Shown: one piece after another, positions 8,578 to 18,622 of the stretch
How the letters are laid out: every line of letters begins with the position of its first letter
Numbering within the stretch: the first letter of the stretch is position 1
The notes under the pieces: generated by a model
Database searches by the model: none
What the model was told of the DNA's origin: nothing
What the model saw: only the letters and a program-made list of their open reading frames with translations
Made by a program: the position numbers and the translations under genes
DNA from: Treponemataceae bacterium
GTDB lineage: Bacteria; Spirochaetota; Spirochaetia; Treponematales; Rectinemataceae
Reading direction: 5' to 3'
DNA length: 48,194 bases
Assembly: GCA_963667725.2 (NCBI GenBank)
Contig: CAXXHO010000002.1
Location: forward strand, 1 to 48,194

Positions 8578-9479
8578 ATATCAGCGCGATCGACATGCCG
8601 GGCACCGCCGGCGCGGATTGGAGCCATGAAGGGCAGCCTGAGTTCGTCAGGGCCGTGGCCTACCACCATACGGGCCTGATGACGGCAGCCAGCCTCCGGC
8701 GCCAATTCGAATACTTCAGGCGGCACTGCCGCGGGCTCGCCGAAGACGGCTTGGATGCCTTTTTCGCCCGCGGAGGGCGGGGAAAGGGGCGGAAACCGGA
8801 CGAATCGCGCGGCGGGAAGCCCGGGCTCGTCATAAGCTTCGACGATGGGCTTGTGGACCATTACAGAGTCGCGGCGCCGCTGCTGGAGGAATATGGTTTC
8901 CGGGGCTGGTTTTTCGTGCCGGCCGCGCTGCCCGCGATGGCGGCGGCGGAGCAGAGGGCTTTTTGCGAGGCCAACGGGCTCTTCTTGCCGCCGGATTCCG
9001 GCGAACGGATAGGGATGAACCGCGAGGAGCTCCTCGATCTCGCGCGCCGCGGCCATGTCGTCGGATGCCACACCATGAACCACCGGCGTTTCAGCGGCCA
9101 TGTCGACGCGGGGCTCATCGACCGCGAGCTGATGCTTGCCAGGGACACTCTCGGGACGATCCTGGGCGCCGCGCCGCGCAGCTTCGCGTGGGTGGGCGGA
9201 GAGCCCGGCACCTATCATCCGCTCGTTCAAAAGGCTTTGGAGAGGGAGGGCTTTTCCTACGCCTTCACCACCATGTCGGCGAAAATCCGGCCGGATGCCG
9301 ATCCTCTGATGCTGCACCGCACCGTGCTGGACGCCGATATGCCTTATCCGCTCTTCCTCGCCAAGGTGGAGGGTTTGTCCGACCTGACCCACCTAGGCAG
9401 GAGAAGGGCCCTGGAAGCCCGCCTCGCTCGCAGCGGAGAGAGGGGGTCGCGAGGTTCTTCGACGGAGGAGAAAGCATGA
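8574..9479 (+). CDS. Polysaccharide deacetylase (NodB/CE4)
   Basis: AYHH, ISFDDG, GCHTMNH and FAWVGG motifs. GTGA overlap. Confidence 0.88.
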   Translation: MNISAIDMPGTAGADWSHEGQPEFVRAVAYHHTGLMTAASLRRQFEYFRRHCRGLAEDGLDAFFARGGRGKGRKPDESRGGKPGLVISFDDGLVDHYRVAAPLLEEYGFRGWFFVPAALPAMAAAEQRAFCEANGLFLPPDSGERIGMNREELLDLARRGHVVGCHTMNHRRFSGHVDAGLIDRELMLARDTLGTILGAAPRSFAWVGGEPGTYHPLVQKALEREGFSYAFTTMSAKIRPDADPLMLHRTVLDADMPYPLFLAKVEGLSDLTHLGRRRALEARLARSGERGSRGSSTEEKA

Positions 9480-10957
9480 AAAGACAGTTCCATGTCGGTT
9501 TTCTGCTGCTGGCGGCGACCTTGGGACTATGCGCGCAGACTCCCGCGCCGCCGCCTTCCGGCGCGAACTCGACTCCGGGCTCGGGCGTCGATTTTCGCCT
9601 GGAACTGGATCTTGAGTACCAGTACCGCTTCAGGACGGAAGAGCATCTGATCGAGGCTTCCACGATCAAAAACGGAATCGACCTCGCGCGCTCGTTCTTC
9701 GACCGGCCGCCTTTCGTCCGCCTTCTCCTGCAGGGAACGACGCCTTTCGGATTGGGGGCCGTGGCCGAGATCGCGCTCCGCGACCAGTGGACGGGCGACT
9801 ATTTCCGGACCGATAACCTGCCCGTGATCGGCGTGGAGGGCGATCCTGTCCGCTTCGAGAACTTCTTCATTTCCAAGGCCGCGGTCTATTACGACAGTCC
9901 TCTCTTCAATTTTCATTTTGGCCGCGAAAAACCGGACTACAACGGCATTTTGTACGGCGGTCTCCTGCCCGGGACCCGCCTGCCCTATCTGGACGCCGTC
10001 AAAGCCTCCGGCAAGATCGGACGCATGAAGATCGATTGGCTGGTGGCCACCATCCCGGCGATCAAATCCTGGGATGGCCAGGATGTCGATCCGAACAAAG
10101 GCACGCTGCCCGCGGGTTCGTCGTATTACGGCTTCGAATCGGAGCCCGGCTCGACCAATCCAAACCCCACCACCATCGTAGAAGGCATGAATCGGTTCAG
10201 CTGGGACCTCGGGAGGCTCAGCCTCGGCGTCACCGACCACGCCATGATGGCCCGGCGGAACAACCGCTTCTACATCACCGACTTCATCCCCGTGATTTCG
10301 CGGCACCAGGCGGCCGTGTCCCAGACCAACAACTCGATGGTGTTCGATCTCGCCTGGGAGCCTCTGGACGGCCTGCGCCTGGCCGCCCAGGCCGGCTTCG
10401 ACGACATCAACGCCAGCTTCCTGGGCGTGGACGACACCGGCAGTCCAACCATAGACGCCTACGTCGCCGGCCTGGACTACGGTTCTTCGACCGCCCTCGG
10501 CCCGCTGAAGATCAAGGCGGAGGCCGGCTACACCCAATGGCTCTGGGGCAACTACGACGGCGCGGAAATCTGGCCCAACGACCAGAACCCCTTCCTGCGC
10601 TTCCAGTACCGCTACCTCGCCGACTCGGGCGGCCTCCTTTTGCCGCTCACCAGCCCCTACGGCCCTGGAGCCTTATGGGCGAACCTCTCGGGCCGCCTCG
10701 AACTGAAGGGGCTTGGTCTCGAGCTCGGCCTGGACTGCCTGTATCTCGCCAAGAACGACGAGGCCAATCTGATCGACACCGCCGTGCTCAACAACGCGAC
10801 CACCGCCGGAGCCCATGATACGCAGTTTGTATCCATCGCATTGCCGCTGCGCTGGAAAACCGGGTTTTGGGAATTTTCGGTCCGGCCAGAACTGGCAATG
10901 CTGGACGGTGATCCCTGGTTCGAACTATGGTTCGGCTCGGCGTTCCGGCTCCGCTGA
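9476..10957 (+). CDS. Putative outer-membrane beta-barrel, Wzi/capsule-assembly-like
   Basis: ATG after GGAGG, signal peptide, alternating beta-strands, Wzi-like segments (HFGREK, NNSMVFDLAW, QAGFDD) and C-terminal WFGSAFRLR. Confidence 0.55.
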   Translation: MKRQFHVGFLLLAATLGLCAQTPAPPPSGANSTPGSGVDFRLELDLEYQYRFRTEEHLIEASTIKNGIDLARSFFDRPPFVRLLLQGTTPFGLGAVAEIALRDQWTGDYFRTDNLPVIGVEGDPVRFENFFISKAAVYYDSPLFNFHFGREKPDYNGILYGGLLPGTRLPYLDAVKASGKIGRMKIDWLVATIPAIKSWDGQDVDPNKGTLPAGSSYYGFESEPGSTNPNPTTIVEGMNRFSWDLGRLSLGVTDHAMMARRNNRFYITDFIPVISRHQAAVSQTNNSMVFDLAWEPLDGLRLAAQAGFDDINASFLGVDDTGSPTIDAYVAGLDYGSSTALGPLKIKAEAGYTQWLWGNYDGAEIWPNDQNPFLRFQYRYLADSGGLLLPLTSPYGPGALWANLSGRLELKGLGLELGLDCLYLAKNDEANLIDTAVLNNATTAGAHDTQFVSIALPLRWKTGFWEFSVRPELAMLDGDPWFELWFGSAFRLR

Positions 10958-10971
10958 AAAGGATGGTGTGA

Positions 10972-12027
10972 ATGGCTGCGTATCTTTTGGCTTTTATCGC
11001 CCCTCTGGCGCTGTTCCCTCTCAGAAAGAAAAGCCGCACCGCCTACGTTTTCATCCTCGCGGGCCTATGGTCGGTTTTCGCGGGCCTGCGGCTCGATATA
11101 GGTGGATACGACTATCTGGCATACAAGGATGCATATAGCTCGGCGGCGGGGTTCAACGACATCGCCGCGCGATTCGAGCCGTTTTTTCGCCTGTTGATTC
11201 AATGTTCCCAAAGCCTGGGCTTGCCCTATCACGGCTTTCTGCTCATCGTCGCCATTCTTGGGATATTGCCGGCGGTCTATGTCATTGAGCGCCGTTCGGG
11301 CGAAACGCCGATCGGCCTCTATGTCTATGGAATCGAGTTCATGCTCTACAATAGTTTCATATTCCTCAGGCAGGGCGTCGCGATCGGCGTCGCTTTTCTG
11401 GTCATCGACGCCGTCATGGACCGGAAACCGATCAAGGCTTTGGTTTTTTCGATCCTCGCCGCCGGTTTTCATTACTCGGCCCTGATCCTTTTGCTCTATC
11501 CGCTTCTATCGAAAGAGCTTTCGCCGCGGGCGCGAAGTGCCTTGTTCGCCCTAGCCGCGGCGGCTGGGGCGGCGCTCTTCATCGTCGCTTCCTCCGGTCT
11601 CGGATCCGCCAGTTCAATTAGGTTTGTCAATCAGTTTATCAACTACATCTATGGCGGCGGCGGGATGCAGATCAATCCCCTCAATTTCATCGAGGTCGCC
11701 GTCCTCTTTTTCCTCATCTATCGCTATGCCTGGAACGCGGCGCCGGTCCTTGGGAACGCCTTCCTCGCATTTCTGGTTTTTACGCTCTATGGAACCATCG
11801 AAGCGGTGTTCATCCGTTTCGGCAGCTACTTCAAGATCGCAGTCGTTTTGCTTCTTCCGCTCATGGTCACGGGCGAGGCGTTGGAAAAGCGGAAGCGGCA
11901 CCAGTTTGAAACGAACATTCTCCAGTTTGGGATTTTTTGTTATTATCTCGCCAAAATCACGCGATGGCTAATCCTTAACCTGAATGACATCGCGGTATTC
12001 CTTCCCTACCGGACGATTTTTGGCTAA
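10972..12027 (+). CDS. EpsG-family polysaccharide polymerase (Wzy-like)
   Basis: Polytopic membrane protein with AGLRLDIGGYDY..Y, FEPFF, LRQGVA, FHYSA and C-terminal PYRT. Confidence 0.88.
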   Translation: MAAYLLAFIAPLALFPLRKKSRTAYVFILAGLWSVFAGLRLDIGGYDYLAYKDAYSSAAGFNDIAARFEPFFRLLIQCSQSLGLPYHGFLLIVAILGILPAVYVIERRSGETPIGLYVYGIEFMLYNSFIFLRQGVAIGVAFLVIDAVMDRKPIKALVFSILAAGFHYSALILLLYPLLSKELSPRARSALFALAAAAGAALFIVASSGLGSASSIRFVNQFINYIYGGGGMQINPLNFIEVAVLFFLIYRYAWNAAPVLGNAFLAFLVFTLYGTIEAVFIRFGSYFKIAVVLLLPLMVTGEALEKRKRHQFETNILQFGIFCYYLAKITRWLILNLNDIAVFLPYRTIFG

Positions 12028-12047
12028 AAGGGAGAGAGGTGGAGTCA

Positions 12048-13376
12048 ATGCGAATCTTGATTGTGTCATACTACTTCCCTCCCTACATGAACGTGGGCGG
12101 ATTCAGGGCCATGTCCTGGGCGCGCCGCTTTTTCGATCGGGGCCACGACGTCACGGTGATCTGCGGCGACGGGCAGGAAGCGGAATCGTGCAGCTTTTTT
12201 TACGAGAGCCTGGACCGCGACCTTTTGACCCTCCGGATCCACAACCCTCTTCTCGAGGAGGCTCCGGCTCCAGGCAGCCGCGCTCCCGAGGCCGGTTTCG
12301 TAGACAAGCTCAAGACTATGCTGAAACCCTACCTGCCGATGGTGGACAGTTACCTGCTCTGGTCCAGGGCCGCGGTTTCCGCGGCGCTCGCGGAGGCGGA
12401 GAGAGGTGGACGCTTCGACGCCGTCATTTCGACCTCCTTTCCCCTTTCCGCCCACGAAGTGGCGAGACAGGTGAAGAAAGCGACCCGCTGCGCATGGATC
12501 GCCGATTTCAGGGACTTTTTCGGGCAGTTCGCGTCGAACACTTTGGCGGACTCTCCCCGGAGCCGATTCCTCGCGCGGCGCTTCCGCGCTTATGGCGGCG
12601 AGGCCGACCTCGTCCTCACTACAACCACAAAACTTGAGCGCCTGGTCGACAAAGCCTTGGGGATAGGCGCTCCCGAACCGCCGAAAGCAGCCGATACGAG
12701 GCCGGCCGACGCCGAATCCAAGGGCGGGGCGATGGTTCTCTACAACGGCTATTTCGCCGAGCACCTTCCCCCCGCGGTTTCCGGGACGCCCGCCCCGCCG
12801 CAGTGGCGCATCCTCTACACTGGCTCCTACAACGAAAGCGAATTCACTGTGGAGCCTCTGGCAAAAGCTCTTTCGGCCTGGCCCGCGGAGGCCGGGAGGA
12901 AGCCGGAGATTTGTTTTACTGGAAGCCCGGTCGAATCGGTTGAAAAGGCTTTGCTAGAAGCCGGCGCAGCGCTTACTTTTATCGGCCCGGTCGACAACAG
13001 GGAAGCCTTGCGCCTGCAGGCGGATTCCGCCTTTCTCCTGCTCTGCGACTCCATGAGCGGACCCGGCGCCCTCCTGACCAAGACTTTCGAGTACCTCGCG
13101 GTTCGCAGGCCCATAATCGGCATAAGCCGCCCGGGTTCGGAACTCCGCACGAGCCTCTTCGCGGAGAAGGCGGAGGGATACTGTCTTTCGATGGAGCCGG
13201 ACGAGATCCTTTCATTCTTGCTTGATTGGCGCGGGCGTTTTGAGCGCGGCGAAATCGGCGACGCTTTTTACCCGAACGAAAACGTCCGCCGGTATTCGAG
13301 GGAATATCAGGCCGACGCGCTCGTCGACCGGATCGAAGCCCTCTTGAAATCTGGCAAAAAAAGGTCGGCCGAATGA
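12048..13376 (+). CDS. Glycosyltransferase (GT4-like)
   Basis: MRILIVSYYFPP..GG.R, WIADFRD, LYTGS and KTFEYL motifs. Confidence 0.85.
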   Translation: MRILIVSYYFPPYMNVGGFRAMSWARRFFDRGHDVTVICGDGQEAESCSFFYESLDRDLLTLRIHNPLLEEAPAPGSRAPEAGFVDKLKTMLKPYLPMVDSYLLWSRAAVSAALAEAERGGRFDAVISTSFPLSAHEVARQVKKATRCAWIADFRDFFGQFASNTLADSPRSRFLARRFRAYGGEADLVLTTTTKLERLVDKALGIGAPEPPKAADTRPADAESKGGAMVLYNGYFAEHLPPAVSGTPAPPQWRILYTGSYNESEFTVEPLAKALSAWPAEAGRKPEICFTGSPVESVEKALLEAGAALTFIGPVDNREALRLQADSAFLLLCDSMSGPGALLTKTFEYLAVRRPIIGISRPGSELRTSLFAEKAEGYCLSMEPDEILSFLLDWRGRFERGEIGDAFYPNENVRRYSREYQADALVDRIEALLKSGKKRSAE

Positions 13377-15112
13377 GCGGTTTCACCGGCATCGTTTCAA
13401 ACGGGGGCAAAATCCCTCTCGACCCTGCGATTGCGGGCAAGAAGGATGGACGAACAGCCCACCGCGGAGACCTGCGCATCGCCGAAAAATTCCTGGACAA
13501 GTTCGCCGGCGACAAGTGCTTCGACGATAGAGGAAACTATTTTATCTGCCTGGACGGCGTCACGCTGAATTCGCGCGAGCTCGTCCGATCATTCGCGGCG
13601 ACCGATATTGGTTCGGCGGTGGCGGCGGCGGCGAAAGATCCGTCGGGATTTCCGGCCGCCCTGCGCGGCGGCTTCGGCGGCTTTGTCTGGGACCTGGCTG
13701 AAAATAATGGCGTTCTTTTTACCAACCATTTCGGTTCCCGATATTTGTATTATGCATACGACGAGGCCGCGGGCGCCACTTTTTTCTCCGCATCGCTCGC
13801 TGACATGGCCGCGATGCTGCGCTCAGCCGGAAAGACGACGCGCCTGGACGAGACGGCCGGCTACTACATGCTCAGCTTCGGCTACATGGCCGACGACAGG
13901 ACCCTGATCGAGGGGGTGCGCAAGCTCGAGCCTGGCTGCTGCCTGCGAATCGCCGCCGGCCAGGCTCCGCGGATAGGGCGCTACTTCGTCTACGACAACG
14001 AAAACATCCTCGACGAAAGCTTCGATGACATCGTGGATGGATTTTACGAGCGCATGTCCCTCGCCGTGCGGCAGGGGTTCGAGAAGGACCTCGAGTACGG
14101 ATACGGGCACCTTTCCCTGCTTTCCGGCGGCCTCGATTCCCGGATGATCCTTTTCTTCGCGCGGAAACTGGGATTCTCCGACATCCTCACCCTGACCTTC
14201 GGCCAATCGGGCTGCGCGGACGAAAAAATCGCCGCGGCGATATCCCGCGACTTGGGCTGCGAGCATCTGTTCAGGCACCTCGACGGCGGGAACTTTCTCG
14301 CCGCCTCTATCGACGACTGCGTTGAAGCCAACGATGGGATGATCATCTACGCCGGTTCCGCGCACGCCCTTAGTACTTACCAGATGATCGACTGGCGGCG
14401 ATACGGACTTCTGCACAACGGCAACCTCGCCGACGCCAGCCAGGGCGACTATGTCGAAACCGATGAGCACGCACCGCCCTCCGCCGAGGAGTGGGCCTAC
14501 TCGAAGCGCTTCCTGCCTCGCGTCGAAGAAGCGATCCACGAGGTTCTCCGTCGCTACCCCAATCAGGAAGCTTTCGCGATCGCGACCCGGGGCGCCAACG
14601 CGATCCTGAACGGAAGCGTGTCGGCGCAGGGAATCACCGAGACCGACGAGCCGTTCCTGCACCCCGATCTCGCCTCCTGGGCGGCCCGGATCCCGCCGCA
14701 ATACAAGAGAGGCGAACATGTATTCCTCGCGATGATCAACAAGCACTTTCCCGAGGCGGCGGCCTACCCTTGGCAGCGCTGGCGCCTGAACCCCACGCTC
14801 GCCAACATGGAGCGCCTGAAAACGCCCGCTTTCCGCTTCGTCCACCGGGGGAGGAAGGCTATCGGCTATGCCGTGGACGGAATCCTGGGCAGGCCCAGCG
14901 CGCACGACATGAATCCCTTCAATTATTGGTACAAAAACAATTCCGAACTGCGCGCCGAATTCGAGCGCCGCCGCGCTTCGATGGGCGACGCGCTTTCCGG
15001 GCATGGGAGTTTGGCGGAGGATTGCGTCCGGCTTTTCGACGAGGGAGGCGAACTGGAAAAAACTCAGGCGATCACCCTCGCGGCCGCCGCGGAAAGGCTG
15101 GAACTGGCATGA
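13373..15112 (+). CDS. Asparagine-synthase-related amidoligase
   Basis: GATase-like N-terminal region (RGGFGG, TLIEGVRKLEPG) followed by PP-loop LSGGLDSR. N-terminus is MSGF rather than MCGI. Confidence 0.85.
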   Translation: MSGFTGIVSNGGKIPLDPAIAGKKDGRTAHRGDLRIAEKFLDKFAGDKCFDDRGNYFICLDGVTLNSRELVRSFAATDIGSAVAAAAKDPSGFPAALRGGFGGFVWDLAENNGVLFTNHFGSRYLYYAYDEAAGATFFSASLADMAAMLRSAGKTTRLDETAGYYMLSFGYMADDRTLIEGVRKLEPGCCLRIAAGQAPRIGRYFVYDNENILDESFDDIVDGFYERMSLAVRQGFEKDLEYGYGHLSLLSGGLDSRMILFFARKLGFSDILTLTFGQSGCADEKIAAAISRDLGCEHLFRHLDGGNFLAASIDDCVEANDGMIIYAGSAHALSTYQMIDWRRYGLLHNGNLADASQGDYVETDEHAPPSAEEWAYSKRFLPRVEEAIHEVLRRYPNQEAFAIATRGANAILNGSVSAQGITETDEPFLHPDLASWAARIPPQYKRGEHVFLAMINKHFPEAAAYPWQRWRLNPTLANMERLKTPAFRFVHRGRKAIGYAVDGILGRPSAHDMNPFNYWYKNNSELRAEFERRRASMGDALSGHGSLAEDCVRLFDEGGELEKTQAITLAAAAERLELA

Positions 15113-16641
15113 AGGCACGTCTGCGCGACCGGCTTTTCTCGCGCCGCGAATCGACCGTTTCCTCATCGGCGGAAATGGCGGTATTCACTATCCTGAATAC
15201 CGCCCTCAATTTCCTGCGAAGCGTGATCGTGGCGGCCCGGTACGGAGCTGGCGTGCTGAGCGACGCCTACTACGCCACGGTGAGCCTTCTCTACACCCCT
15301 GCCGGCCTCCTCTCGGATTCGCTCACCGCCCTGGTGCCGCCCAGGAGCCAGGCGCACCGGGCGCAGGGCCGCGAACCCGACTTTCTCGCCTCCTACCTTT
15401 CGGTCACGGCGGCGGCTTTCCTCATCCTGGCGGGGCTCTTCGCGCTTTTCGGCCGCACTATCGCCGGCGCCGTCCTCGGCGGCCTGGATCGGGAAACTAT
15501 CGGAACCGTGCAATTCCTTCTTCTGCTTTCCCTGCCGGCCATCGTGCTCTCGCCGCTCTGCGTGATTCTGGACAGTGTCCTCAAATCGGACAGGTATTTC
15601 ATATTCGGAAACTCAGGGAGCCTCCTCAACTCGGTTTTGTCCACCGGCCTCCTCTTCTTCATCGCAAAGATGGGTGTGGCGGGCATCGTAGTCTCAACCC
15701 TCGCAGGCCTGGCGGCGAACTTCGCGATCCTTCTCGTCGCCGTGTTCAGGAAGAAAATCCTGCCCGGCCGGATCGACTTTCTGTTCGGATTGCGAGAGGC
15801 GAAGAAGGCCTTGCCGCTCTTTGTCGGGGGGCTTCTGGGCATCGCGGCCGGATACGTCGAAAAAGGCCTCGCCTCCTATCTCCCGGCAGGCTCCATCACC
15901 CTGCTCAGCATGAGTTCCTCCTTGCTGGGCGTGGCGCGGAGCCTCCTCGTGGGAACCTTCATCTCCGTTTATTACCCCTTCATCGCGGAAGCGGTGATCG
16001 CGCGCGACAAGGCCAAATTCGCCGAGCTCATGGCTGAAGCAAAGCGGATTGTCTTCGGAATCTTCGGCCTCGGCGCCATCTGCATGATGGTCTTCGCCAA
16101 ACCGCTCTTTGGCTTGCTCTTTGGACACGGGCGCTTCAACGCCGGGGATGTGGCGTCGCTCGCCGCCATCTTCGGCGCGGGATCGTTCGGGGTCGTGCAG
16201 GCCGGACTCGCGAATTTGATCAATTATTCTTATTATTCCGAAGGCGACACAAAAACCCCCGTCGCGGTGAGCATCGTCGCGGGAACCGCCGGCGCGATTC
16301 TTCTGCAGTTCGCCGTGGTCCGATTTTTCGGAGCGGTGGGCTTAAGCGCCGCGACCGCGATCGCAGGGATGGCGACGCTTCTGCTCGGTGCCGCGTTGCT
16401 TTCAAAACGCCACAGCCTCGACATTCTGGATGCCCAGGATATTTTCCTCGCTTTTGTCATTCTCGCCCTGGGTGGCGCCTCCGGCTTTATCGCGTGGACC
16501 CCCTGGGAGATGGGACTGCCGGCGGTATATTATTATTTCATTACGCTGAAAAAATATGGGCTCAGTCCGCGCAAGCTCGCGGATATGGCGTCCCGCGCCT
16601 TCGGCCATTCCGGCGGCGGGGATAAGGGGGAAGCGCCGTGA
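15109..16641 (+). CDS. MurJ/MviN-like (MOP superfamily) flippase
   Basis: FLRSVIVAARYGAGVLSDAY, LFGHGRFNAGDV and YYSEGDTKTP motifs, many TM segments, ATGA overlap. Confidence 0.85.
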   Translation: MKARLRDRLFSRRESTVSSSAEMAVFTILNTALNFLRSVIVAARYGAGVLSDAYYATVSLLYTPAGLLSDSLTALVPPRSQAHRAQGREPDFLASYLSVTAAAFLILAGLFALFGRTIAGAVLGGLDRETIGTVQFLLLLSLPAIVLSPLCVILDSVLKSDRYFIFGNSGSLLNSVLSTGLLFFIAKMGVAGIVVSTLAGLAANFAILLVAVFRKKILPGRIDFLFGLREAKKALPLFVGGLLGIAAGYVEKGLASYLPAGSITLLSMSSSLLGVARSLLVGTFISVYYPFIAEAVIARDKAKFAELMAEAKRIVFGIFGLGAICMMVFAKPLFGLLFGHGRFNAGDVASLAAIFGAGSFGVVQAGLANLINYSYYSEGDTKTPVAVSIVAGTAGAILLQFAVVRFFGAVGLSAATAIAGMATLLLGAALLSKRHSLDILDAQDIFLAFVILALGGASGFIAWTPWEMGLPAVYYYFITLKKYGLSPRKLADMASRAFGHSGGGDKGEAP

Positions 16642-17561
16642 TATCCGTCATAATCCCCTGCTTCAACACGCCGAAGGAGTGGCTCGCGGAGTGTTTGAAA
16701 AGCATCGCCGACCAAACCCGCACCGACTGGGAGGCCCTCATCGTCGACGACGCCTCTCCTTCTCCGGTTCTGGCTTCCGATCTCCCCGGCGCGGGCGCCG
16801 ATCCTCGTTTTCGGATAGTGAGACACGATCGGAACAGGGGCCCGGCCGCCGCAAGAAACACGGCGGTCGCCCATTCCCGCGGCGAACTGCTTTTCATGAT
16901 GGATTCGGACGATCTACTTGCGCCGAAGACATTAGAAATTCTTGCTGCAAAACTTTTATCGAAAGCAAACATAGATTGTGTATATCCACAATTTCAGACC
17001 TTTGGCGGCGCTGCTCTCCTTTGGGAAATGCCGACGCGAAGTGCTGCCGATATGATCAGCGATCAGTGGGTGCCTGGTCCCGGAGTGCTCATGAAGCGTG
17101 AATTTTATTATAAAATCGGGGGCTATTGCGAAGAAGAAATCTTCCGTGCCGGCAATGAAGACTGGGATTTTTGGCTTGGCGCCGCTTCTGCTAGCTTTGC
17201 GGTCGAAAGAATTCCTCAGGATCTGTACCATTACCGAATTTCAAGCGGTAGTCTCTCAAATTCCACGACCAAGCGCCGGCATTACCGAACGATCGAAAGG
17301 ATGTACGAGCGGCATAAAGCCTTTATTGACGGGCAGGGCATGGCTGACAGATTCCTCTACGACGGCTACTATTTTTCGGTCCGGCGCTGCCCCGCCGCTG
17401 AACTCTCGGCAGTTATGCGGTCAGGTTTTGCGCACGCAAAATCCGCACGGGACAAACTGCGTCTCTGCCTGTTATTTTTAAAACGCGTTGCCGCCGACGC
17501 TATTGGAAGCGTGCGGCGCGCCATCTCCGGTTCTGCCGAGAGAGGAGAAAAAGAGAAATGA
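16638..17561 (+). CDS. Glycosyltransferase family 2
   Basis: ISVIIPCFN, VDDAS, GPAAARN, MDSDD and EDWDFWL. Confidence 0.92.
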   Translation: MISVIIPCFNTPKEWLAECLKSIADQTRTDWEALIVDDASPSPVLASDLPGAGADPRFRIVRHDRNRGPAAARNTAVAHSRGELLFMMDSDDLLAPKTLEILAAKLLSKANIDCVYPQFQTFGGAALLWEMPTRSAADMISDQWVPGPGVLMKREFYYKIGGYCEEEIFRAGNEDWDFWLGAASASFAVERIPQDLYHYRISSGSLSNSTTKRRHYRTIERMYERHKAFIDGQGMADRFLYDGYYFSVRRCPAAELSAVMRSGFAHAKSARDKLRLCLLFLKRVAADAIGSVRRAISGSAERGEKEK

Positions 17562-18622
17562 CTCGCGAAAGGATTTCCGCTCTATCGATTGGCAAAGAAT
17601 GCACGCTTATCGAGGCGCTCAAGCGGATGGACGAGACTGAATCCAAGCTCCTCATGGTGACCGATGGCGGTCACCTCGTCGGACTGCTCAGCATCGGCGA
17701 CGTACAGCGCGGCATCCTCGCCCGCCTTCCGATGAGCACTCCCGCGGGCAAAATCCTCCGCAAGGATTTTCTGTACTGCGGCGCCAACGATGACCCGCAG
17801 AAGATACGCGAGCTCATGCTGGAAAACCGCTGCGAATACATGCCCCTCGTCGGGGATGGTTTTGCGCTTGTGGATGTCATGGCCTGGGAAGAACTCTTCG
17901 ACGGGCGCAAGCCAATCAGCAAAAGGCGCGCGCCGGTCGCCATCATGGCCGGCGGGCTCGGCCTGCGCATGAAACCACTCACGAACGTCATTCCCAAACC
18001 GCTTATCCCAGTCGGCGACAAGAGCATCCTCGAGCGCATCATCTCGAATTTCGCCGATTCCGGCTGCGACGAGTTTTTCCTCTGCGTCAATTATAAAGCG
18101 GCGATGATAGAGTACTACCTTTCCACCGTCGACTTGGGGAATGTGGCTCTCTCAATGGTACCGGAGGATAAGCCTCTCGGCACGGCGGGCGCGCTCAGGC
18201 TCCTTCGGGGCAAGGTCAAGGAGCCATTTTACGTCACGAACTGCGACATTCTCGTCGATACGGACTATGCCGAACTGCTCGCCCACCACGAAAAAACCGG
18301 CGACATGATAACCATCGTCTCCGCCCTCAAGACAATGGACATTCCCTACGGCGTTCTGCATTTCCTGGAGGGGGGAGTCCTCGACCGGATCGAGGAGAAA
18401 CCCGTTCAATCCATTTCGGTCAACACAGGCATGTATGTCGTAGACCCCTCGGTGCTCGACTTGATCGACGATGACGAGTCGATAGGATTCCCCGACCTCG
18501 TCAATCGCGTCAGGGACGGAGGCGGCAAGGTGGGTGTTTTCCCCGTCAGCGAAAAAAGCTGGTACGACATCGGCAATTGGGACGAATATGTGGCGACGCT
18601 GCGGGCCAACGGGAGAGGGTGA
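17558..18622 (+). CDS. CBS-domain sugar-phosphate nucleotidyltransferase (PtmE/LgaF-like)
   Basis: N-terminal CBS pair (GLLSIGDVQRGIL), then IMAGGLGLRMKPLT..PKPLIPVG, EDKPLGTAG, NCDI and WYDIG. Confidence 0.88.
   Translation: MTRERISALSIGKECTLIEALKRMDETESKLLMVTDGGHLVGLLSIGDVQRGILARLPMSTPAGKILRKDFLYCGANDDPQKIRELMLENRCEYMPLVGDGFALVDVMAWEELFDGRKPISKRRAPVAIMAGGLGLRMKPLTNVIPKPLIPVGDKSILERIISNFADSGCDEFFLCVNYKAAMIEYYLSTVDLGNVALSMVPEDKPLGTAGALRLLRGKVKEPFYVTNCDILVDTDYAELLAHHEKTGDMITIVSALKTMDIPYGVLHFLEGGVLDRIEEKPVQSISVNTGMYVVDPSVLDLIDDDESIGFPDLVNRVRDGGGKVGVFPVSEKSWYDIGNWDEYVATLRANGRG

Noticed and set aside
15109..16641. Housekeeping peptidoglycan murJ
   Set aside because: Divergent and translationally coupled within a glycan locus, so more likely the cluster's own flippase. 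No symbol assigned.
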